Below are positions 55,391 to 64,000 of a stretch of DNA of 64,000 nt, one piece after another. Under the pieces are notes generated by a model. The model had not been told where the DNA came from. It ran no database searches and was given only the letters and a program-made list of their open reading frames with translations. The position numbers and the translations under genes are program-made. Position 1 is the stretch's first letter, and the number at the start of each line of letters is the position of its first letter. The stretch comes from Octopus vulgaris. Taxonomy: Eukaryota. The stretch spans positions 25,172,001-25,236,000 of the forward strand of contig OX597826.1 in the NCBI GenBank assembly GCA_951406725.2. The letters run 5' to 3'.

Positions 55391-55944
55391 TTGGGTTGTC
55401 CGGAAAGTTTGTGCCGATTTATAGTAGTTTACCTTTCAACTTATTCTAGAACATGGTTGAGTCCATAAAATAGGATTTGACTACACCTCCATTTAGAGCA
55501 CAGTTTAAGCTATCGTTTCGTGGAAGAAGATCTATGTTCCTAAAACCTGTGTTAATTCTGTAACCCTTTAAAATGGAAGATAAGAAAGTTCCTTTTCGGC
55601 ACTTGATGCTTTGGGAACCAGACAAAAATTGCTGCAGCTCAGCTGGGATGTGTTACCCCGCTCTCCATATTCACTAGATATTGCACCTTTGGATTTCCAC
55701 TTATTCAGGTCTCTGCAGAATAGTCTTAATGGTAAAAATTTCAATTCCTTGGATAACGTAAAAAGATACCGTGATGAATTCTTTGTCAATGAAACCACCT
55801 CAATTCTGGGAAGAGGGTATTTTCAAGTTAAAGGAAAGATGGAGATGCATTGTGCAAGAAAATGGTTCATATTTTGTAACGGCAAGTATTTATTGACCTT
55901 TTTCTTTCTTTTAAAAATCGGCGCAAACTTTCCGGACAACCCAA
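55391..55944 (+). mobile_element. Internally deleted mariner element (mellifera-like)
   Basis: TA TSD; ~30-bp TIR ttgggttgtccggaaagtttg.gccgattt; N-terminus MEDKKVPFRHLML joined directly to C-terminus WDVLPRSPYSLDIAPLDFHLFRSLQNSL. Confidence 0.93.
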
Positions 55945-56115
55945 TATAAGAACATATTTAGCAATGGGATTGGAGATATGCTGTTTCTAGATGAGAGATG
56001 AAAATGGTCAGGATTGCAATGTCACATGACTATGGCCATAGGTCTGATGGATCAAGGCTTACCTGGGGCTAAGCAATAATAACAGCAACACACATACATA
56101 AAGAAACACCCACAG

Positions 56116-56350
56116 ATGGTGATGATGATAATGGTGGTGTTGATGATGATTGTTAAGATGACTGTGGCGGTGGTGTTGATGGTTATAGTGATAATGGAGA
56201 TAATGGTGATGATGATGATGACAACGAAGATAGTGAAAATGGTGTTGGTGGTGGTAGAGATACTGATTGTGGTGGTGATGATGACAACAATGATGATAAT
56301 GATGATGATGGTGATGATAGTGGATGATGATGATGATGATGACGATAATG
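56116..56350. repeat. Degenerate (GAT/GGT)n triplet repeat
   Basis: Directly visible. Confidence 0.9.
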
Positions 56351-57103
56351 TTGTTAACGAGGTGACAACAAAAGACATAAAGAAAAGCAATTAGGATCAT
56401 GTTTTAATAAAGATTTAATTGGAAACAAAATAGATGATGGAGGCAGTGGAGATATCTGTAATTTTGTGTGTAATAAATGTTTTTACATGAAAAAGGTTAC
56501 GTACAGTAGGTGGGTGGGTAGGGGGATTTCTTTTTAACTTTCTACCTATTACTCTCTCTCTCATACTCTTTGCCTCTGTCTCTTTTTGTATCTAACCTAT
56601 ATATTTTTCTCTTTAAACATTCTCTCTCTCTCTCTCTGATACATACAATCCAATCCATTTCTCTCTGTAATGCTGAGTATATCTTACTCTCCGACACTTC
56701 TACCATCTCCCATTTCTCTATTCCTCACGCATGCTATTTCTCTTTCTCTCTCTCAATTGATCTCTCTATCTCTCTCCCTCCTTCACTTTATCTATCTCTC
56801 TCCTTCCTTCATTATCTATCTATCTATCTATCTATCTACCTTTGTCTCTCTGTACATCACAAACACACACATGCACACACACACACACACATGCACATAC
56901 ACAGAGTGTCAAATGTTTCTTTAGGAACACAAGACAAAGAAAACACCATTTCAAATGTTTGATACAGGAGGGATGGGTGAGAAAAATGCGAAGAAATGGC
57001 TTTGTTACCTCTGTGTGTGTGTGTGTAGGTATTTGTATGCATATTTATATGTACGTGGGTGTAGCGAGAGAGAAAGACAGAGAGCGAGTGAAAGCGAGAG
57101 TGA

Positions 57104-57156
<53 letters not shown>

Positions 57157-57410
57157 CTAGTAATCTGATTATCTTTCTCCGCCTGAGTTCTTCAGGTATC
57201 AAATTCTTTAGCAACCCAAAGAATTTCTCTACTCAGGTATCAAATACTCTTGAACCTGAACACCTACCACAACGTAGGGACATGTGTGTGTGTATGTGTG
57301 AGTGTAGGTGTGTGTGAGTGCATGTGAATGTGTGTGAGTGTATGTGTGTGTGTGAGTGTGTGTGCATAAGTATGTATGTGTGTGTATGAGTGTATGTGTT
57401 TGTGTGTGCG

Positions 57411-57449
<39 letters not shown>

Positions 57450-57561
57450 ATGTGTGTGTGTGTTGGTGCATGTGTTTGAAAACTACCATGAAAAAGATAA
57501 AGAGAGAGAATCAGGAACAGAGAAAAGGAGAGATAGAAAATAGAGGAAGGGAGAGACAGAC

Positions 57562-57743
<182 letters not shown>

Positions 57744-58852
57744 GCCAGTGTTGTATTCTGTCCATTTTCATAGTTCCTTTATTTTAGATTCCAAAAAGGG
57801 AAACCTCACTCTGGAAAGCCATGAACATCATCACATCATGTTTGCTTTTTATAACAAACATAAGGCTTCACCTATGAAACACAAACAGAATGTACACATG
57901 TCTCAGTCACACCTTATTCCCCCTCCCCCCATGCAAAAATATGACGTAAAAACCAGCATCTGAGTTATCTAGCTAACATAGAACCTCACCAGCACACACA
58001 AACACACAACACAAAATATATGGAACACTGTAAGTGCCAAATGCAAACATTCAGCATAGAATGTGCATCATGTTGACAATTTTTAGTATCAATGTGTGTG
58101 AGTGATTCTAGTTGTTAGAACCTGAAGTGCTATAAACTATAAATATATGTTTTTTAATGATTTGTCTCAAACAAGGCTTGAGGCTACTGTAACAAAGAGG
58201 GTCTATGAAGAAGGAAAAAAAGAGAGCCTATAAATTCAAAAGCTGTTGATTGACAGAAAGCTTAAAGGAGTGGATATTATAGACCTAAGGAGAAATAAGA
58301 TGATGATAGTGACTTTTAAGGGATCAACAGTTCAAGGGAAAAATAGAATAAAAGGACTTATGGATTAAGGAGAATACTACAATACACTTAAGAGAAATTA
58401 CAAGTTTTCTTGAAATTAAATGAGAGCAAACATGTGGTGTGTGGGTAAATTCTGTGGCCCTCTCTGTGGTTATTTTGCACTGTTTATTTGTATATGTCTG
58501 TCATGTGGAGTCTACGCAAGGTATTATTATGTTATTTTTGTTTTTTAATAAATTAAACACTTTTATGAATGGGAAATGGAGGCAGTGTTGTGTTGTATCA
58601 GATTTCTTAATGCTTCGTGTTTTCATATTAAAAAAAAAAACAGTTTAAAGTATTAATGGATATTCCATTTTTCACACAATGAAATAGTTTTATGTAATAA
58701 GGCCTTATTGATGACGAGTACTTAGAAACAACACGCAAGAGAATGAGTTATGAGTGTGGGTGGTTTTAAATTGCATATTATTAGATACACAGAGTAACAT
58801 GGCAACTGTAGAGCTGAGAGGCAGTTATCAGGGTGAGAAAAAAGTTAGTTTA

Positions 58853-59270
58853 CAGTGATCCCTCGTTTATCGTGGTAGATTAGTTCTGAGACCGGCTATG
58901 ATAACTGAATTTCCACAAAGTAGGGACACCATATTTACAGTATTTATTTAACATGTATTTGGACTTTCAAAACCCTCCCTGTGCTGTTAACAACCCATCC
59001 ATTACAGTAGTCTATTAATAACAAGGACAACTGTTAAGCAATAGCACTTTAGATTTAAAAAATAAAGATTGTTACTGTTACACAGGCCAGATTACATAAT
59101 AGAAAGCTGAGATTCGACGTCTCTCTCCATTGCACCAATCACAGCCTGTCTTAAGTTCAAATACCCCTGTATATGCTTTTTTGCTATTTTACGCTTGTTT
59201 TGTTGTTCCTAGACTAGGAAATAATATTTATTATATATATATTAATGAATGTAATGAAAAATTTTAGGCG

Positions 59271-59306
<36 letters not shown>

Positions 59307-59366
59307 AAAAATCCGCGAAGTCGTGAATCCACGATAGTTGAACGATGAAGTAGCAAGGGATCACTG
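58853..59366. mobile_element. Tigger/pogo-like MITE
   Basis: TA|CAGTGATCCCT...AGGGATCACTG|TA. Confidence 0.85.
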
Positions 59367-59467
59367 TAGAAGCAAAACAAGATACTCTTAAGAGTATCCC
59401 CCAAAATAAACTAGGCTAAATAATATGTCCATTCTTCATTAGGAGAAATTAATAAAAGGACCTAAAC

Positions 59468-59641
59468 CAGTGGTTCTAAACTGCAGTTCCAAGGGCTACA
59501 TGTGGCCCTTGGCAATCTTCCCTTTATAAGTGTAATAAATTTTTCTTTAATTGATTTGTGTTTTACTCTTTTTGATGCAGCTCCCAAAATAAACCCTGGT
59601 TTTGGATCTGGACTGGATATAAAAAAGGCTGAGAACCACAG
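59468..59641. mobile_element. hAT (Charlie-like) MITE
   Basis: CAGTGGTTCT...AGAACCACAG; 8-bp TSD acctaaac/atctaaac. Confidence 0.8.
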
Positions 59642-59652
59642 ATCTAAACGCT

Positions 59653-60025
59653 TACTCTTTACTCTTTTACTTGTTTCAGTCATGTGACTGCGGCCATGCT
59701 GGAGCACCACCTTTAGTCGAGCAAATCGACCCCAGTATTTATTCTTTGCAAGCCTAGTACTTATTCTATTGGTCTCTTTTGCCGAGCTACTAAGTTACGG
59801 GGACGTAAGCACACCAGCATCAGTTGTCAAGTGATGTTGGGGGGACAAACACACACGAACATACACACACACACACATATACGACGGGCTTCTTTCAGTT
59901 TCCGTCAGCCAAATCCACTCACAAGGCTTTGGTCGGCCCGAGGCTACAATAGAAGACACTTGCCCAAGGTGCCATGCAGTGGGACGGAACCCGGAATCAT
60001 GTAGTTCATAAGCAAGCCACTCCTA
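59653..60025 (-). mobile_element. SINE family A
   Basis: Reverse complement of the family A consensus, CpG-rich. Confidence 0.9.
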
Positions 60026-60789
60026 CACCTATGAATGTGAAGTAATGTTATTAGGACTTGCATGTTGAAATAGCAGAATGACCAAAAAATATTCAGAAGA
60101 ATATCCTGAATATTAAGCTGGTTGGGTGATATGCCATTTCTTCATCAGGAGAAATTGAAAGAAAAACAAATCAGAATCTGTACACTTGTGAGTGCAAGTC
60201 TGGTTTGACTACATTCAAGTGGTTTTAGTAGAACTTGTATGTTGATCAGGACCAACAATTTTGATGGATTAAAAACACAGTAACATACAATAATTCCATT
60301 TATCAGAGGGTTAGGGCACTAAGTTCCTGACCTGAAAGAAATTAATGTTAAGCCAGTGAAAACATACTGCTTCCTTGAAAAATGCCAAAAGATGTTGATG
60401 ATAAAGTTGGAAGTTTTCATAACTTTGTGTTTAATGAACATAAATTTTTGTGATTATATTTTGTCTGCAATCAGAAATATTTCAGGTGGTCTCTATTGGT
60501 AAGTCATCATCATCATCACCATCAAACACCTGTTTTCCATGCTGTCATGAGTTGGACAATTTGACCAGAGCTGGCCAGCCGGAGAAATGCACCAGGTTCC
60601 AATTGTCAGTTTTGGTCTGGTGTCTATGGCTGGATGCCCTTCCATATGCCAACCACTTCACAGAATGTACTGTGTACTTTTTACATGACACCAGCACAGG
60701 TGCTTTTTATGTGACACCAGCATGAAAAAGAGTACTTTGAAATGACCATGAGGATTAGAGTAAACAACAGGATAGTCAGAAAGAATTAA

Positions 60790-60999
60790 CCCTTTTCTGA
60801 CACCAAAACACCTGAGACTGCTCTTGGTTCTATGATACTAATTCATGTTTTAAAATTATCTAAATTAAAGCCACCCAACAAAGTTTCAGGTTACTTTATG
60901 TTAAATAATAAGAAGATTATTTTATGAAATTCTTTGTTATTTTAAAAATCAGTTGAAATAAAGACAATGTATTTCGACAGGAATACGGTAAGGAAAAGG
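60790..60999. mobile_element. piggyBac-like TTAA MITE
   Basis: TTAA|CCCTTTT...AAAAGG|TTAA. Confidence 0.75.
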
Positions 61000-61356
61000 T
61001 TAACATGTGTTTGGCTAAATAAAATACAGTTTACAAGGACTGAGTCTACTTGAAACAATATCTTTGTTGTTGGTGTAGAATCAATTCCATGCATGTTCAT
61101 GTGAAATAATTAACCAAAAAACTGAAAACAAAACAAAATTAGGTTGTTCTCTCAGGTGAATGTAGATCAATTTTACAGTCATTGGATGCTTTGTAAACAA
61201 ATAGTAGACAGAAGTGGAATACATTGATGGTTTCAGTAAACAAGGAACTGATGAGGGTAGAAGTGCTGTAAAACTTTCAAATCTAGACATATTTGAAGAC
61301 TGGATGACAAATACTTAATAGAGATTATCTAAAGATATGATTGTTAAGACTTTTAA

Positions 61357-61567
61357 CCCTTTATCATTTAATCTGGCCCAAATATTCTACCTGTTTTAAG
61401 TTCAAACTGACCTGATCCAACCCCTCACACCTACCCTACAATGTCAGGCAAAAAAATATACAAACACACCGTTGAAATGTTGAAGCTACAAGATAACGTG
61501 TGATTAATTCAAAACAATGTGAATAAATAAACATTACATTTGACAAAGGAATCTGAATGCTAAAGGG
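61357..61567. mobile_element. piggyBac-like TTAA MITE
   Basis: TTAA|CCCTTTA...TAAAGGG|TTAA; removing it rejoins the pogo KTF|KKCG motif. Confidence 0.85.
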
Positions 61568-61729
61568 TTAAAAAAAAAGTGTGGTATTTCAAATTCATTT
61601 GATGGGACTGGAAGCAAAACATTAATTGAAGAAATTGTTCAGTCTTGTGAACAAGAAATCAAATGAATTAGATGATTATAATTCGAGCAGGGCTGAAGTA
61701 ATGACAAGATAATATTTATGCCAGGTTAA

Positions 61730-61951
61730 CCCTTTCGTTAACAACCCAGCTGAAACTGGCTCAGACTCTGTAGTACAAATATCTTGTTTTCATAAGTTTT
61801 GAATTAAAATCTTCCACCAAACCTTAGTCATAATTTATGTTCCTAACACTAGCTTAATAATAACTAAGTTATTTCACTAAATTCTTTGTTATATTTAAAA
61901 TTGATTGAAAGAAACACAGAGCATCTCAAAATAAATACAGTAACGAAAGGA
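61730..61951. mobile_element. piggyBac-like TTAA MITE
   Basis: TTAA|CCCTTTCGTTA...TAACGAAAGGA|TTAA. Confidence 0.85.
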
Positions 61952-62407
61952 TTAAATATGGGTGTCCCATTAGATATAAACAAGAAAGCATTTGGAACCA
62001 AAAAAGCCAATATGGGAGTTTCTCTCATGGTAACTACCACAGTATAGTTTGTTCTAATGGAACATCCAAGTTTAAGTGGACATAAATATTATTTCTTGGT
62101 ATTAATACTGTTTCTATGGCTAATAAATATTTTATAATGATGAGAGTTTTCAAGAGTGACAAAGAGGATGAAAAATGCTTAGGTCTATTTTACAATAATT
62201 GACAAAAATATCATTGAAATATTCTATGTTGTGTATAAGTTATACAATTACAACATGGAAAATGCATATTGATCATTTAATCCATTTGTAATAACTTGGT
62301 TTCAAATTTTGGCACAAGGCCAGCAATTTCAGGGAAGTGAGTAAGCCAATTACATCACCCCCCCCCCCCCCCCCACTACTCAGCTGATATTTATTTTATA
62401 TATTTTA

Positions 62408-62628
62408 AAGGCGGCAAGCTGGCAGAAACGTTAGCATGCTTAGTGGTATTTCGTCTGCTGCTACGTTCTGAGTTCAAATTCTGCCGAGATCAACTTTACC
62501 TTTCATCCTTTCGGGGTCGATAAATTAAGTACCAGTTATGCACTGGGGTCGATGTAATTGACTTAATCCCTTTATCTATCCTTGTTTGTCCCCTCTGTGC
62601 TTAGCCCCTTGTGGGCAATAAAGAAATA
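62408..62628 (+). mobile_element. SINE family B (second tail type) nested in an oppositely oriented family B copy
   Basis: aaggcggcaagctggcagaaacg...ccccttgtgggcaataaagaaata inside the minus copy spanning ~62297-62680. Confidence 0.85.
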
Positions 62629-63079
62629 TGGTACTTATTTTATAGACCCTGAAAGGATGAAAGGCAAAGTGGACCTTGGTGTAAAGACACTCAACATACC
62701 AGATAGTGGTGGTGGTGGTGATGCTGTTAAACCAAATGATGGATTAAGTCCAACTTCTTGATGGGATTTGAGCTCAGGACACCAAAGAGGTGGAACAGAT
62801 ATAGCCTAAGACATCTGGTCTGATGTGTTTAGTTTTGCTAATCTGTTGCCCTGCATTTGTATTTCTTTTTATTTTTACTTTTATTGACCTGTAAGGATGA
62901 AAGATAAAGTTGGCCTTGGCAGAATTTGAACCTGGATATTACATTGCAGAGTTCTGCCCAATTATATGTAGTGTACATGTGATGTATATGTGTGTGTGTA
63001 GTGCATGTGTGTATGTGTGAGTGGTGTGTGTGTAGTGTGTGGGAACGGTGTGTGTGTGATGTGTGAGAGTGATATTGTG

Positions 63080-63116
<37 letters not shown>

Positions 63117-64000
63117 ATGTGGTGGAGTGGGTTGCTGTTTAGTCTCATCTGAGCAGACCTATGATCAAAGTAGTCCCAGCTGTGACCATCCTGTCCTTTC
63201 TTTCCTAACAGGGACTACAACACGTATTTTAAATGAAGATACATATCCCATATACAACCTTCTTCATTTAAACCAGTAAGGTATCATTTGAGACAGATTT
63301 GACAGCCATTTCTAGCAGACTGTGAGACTGCACATACAGCATCCCTCATTGACTCAAGGGTCCACTGTTGTTGCAGCGGATACCACTGAACGCAGCCAAG
63401 AAAGATGCTGAGACGGGCAGCGTGCCAACAACTCTGACGCAATGCATGCATCAAACACAAATACCAAAACAACTGCAAATATTATACATTTGAAAACTTC
63501 TGACGTGTTTGCTAACCACGTAGTGAGGAAGTAAATGGGATTATGCAATCAAATTGGTGAGTTTGGAGTGTATGCCATAAAGATGAGAAGATTTTGTTAT
63601 TTTGGACATGGGCAAAAAGAAAAAAAAGGAAAAGTTCTTTCTAATTTTCCACACTTTCTTTACCATATTTCTGTTGAAATAAATTATGTTTGTTTCCGAT
63701 TGATTTTGAAAATAATCTTTTATCTTTTATTTATCTTATCTTTTGCAGACATTGGACTGCAGCCACACTGGAGCACTGCCTTAAAGGTTTCAATCAAATT
63801 AATCGACTCCGGTACTTATTTCCAAGCCTGCTACATATTCTATCAGTTTCTTTTGCCGAACCACTAAGTTACGGAAGCATAAAACAAATCAACACTGGTT
63901 GTCAAGTGTTGGTGGTGGTGGTGGTGGAAAAACACCAAGACACACACACACACACAAATGATTGTTTTATGTTCAATTATAACCCTTTCTATTAAAGGCA

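Larger units (their letters stand above)
60380..61640 (+). mobile_element. pogo-family (DDE_1) transposase relic split by insertions
   Basis: MPKDVDDKVGSFHNFV; SLLLV*NQFHA; VVLSGECRSILQSLD; MIVKTF|KKCGISNSFDGTG. These correspond to pogo motifs LPxDxxxKxxxF, LLVWDxFxAH, IPGGxTSxLQPLD and SFKKCGISNxLDG. Confidence 0.7.

Noticed and set aside
56052-56400. His-rich and Met/Val-rich ORFs
   Set aside because: Degenerate GAT/GGT triplet repeat open in several frames.

Overview
AT-rich, repeat-saturated animal genomic DNA. The SINE families and microsatellite load match what I recall for Octopus (coleoid cephalopod); this is inference, not a database result. The only host gene I can support is a minus-strand Goliath-family RING-H2 E3 ligase (RNF130/RNF149/RNF150-like). 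Its last three coding exons lie at 41825-41907, 32993-33089 and 8761-9111, with ~8.7 kb and ~23.9 kb introns; the PA and TM exons were not found and probably lie beyond base 64000. The rest is tRNA-derived SINEs, LINE relics (RTE, CR1, L1/Tx1, RLE/R4-like), mariner/DD37D/pogo relics, MITEs (TA, TTAA, 8-bp TSD), non-autonomous Helitrons and kilobase (TA)n tracts. Nearly all ORFs in the supplied track are microsatellite or SINE artefacts. The most unusual object is a ~500-bp fold-back element at 26403-26905 with a 14-bp TSD. Each arm has a tRNA-like Pol III head followed by a Penelope-type minimal hammerhead ribozyme motif. Further minimal-hammerhead-like motifs and several long hairpins occur in the gene's introns. 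Repeat boundaries were read by eye and are approximate unless a TSD or TIR is quoted.
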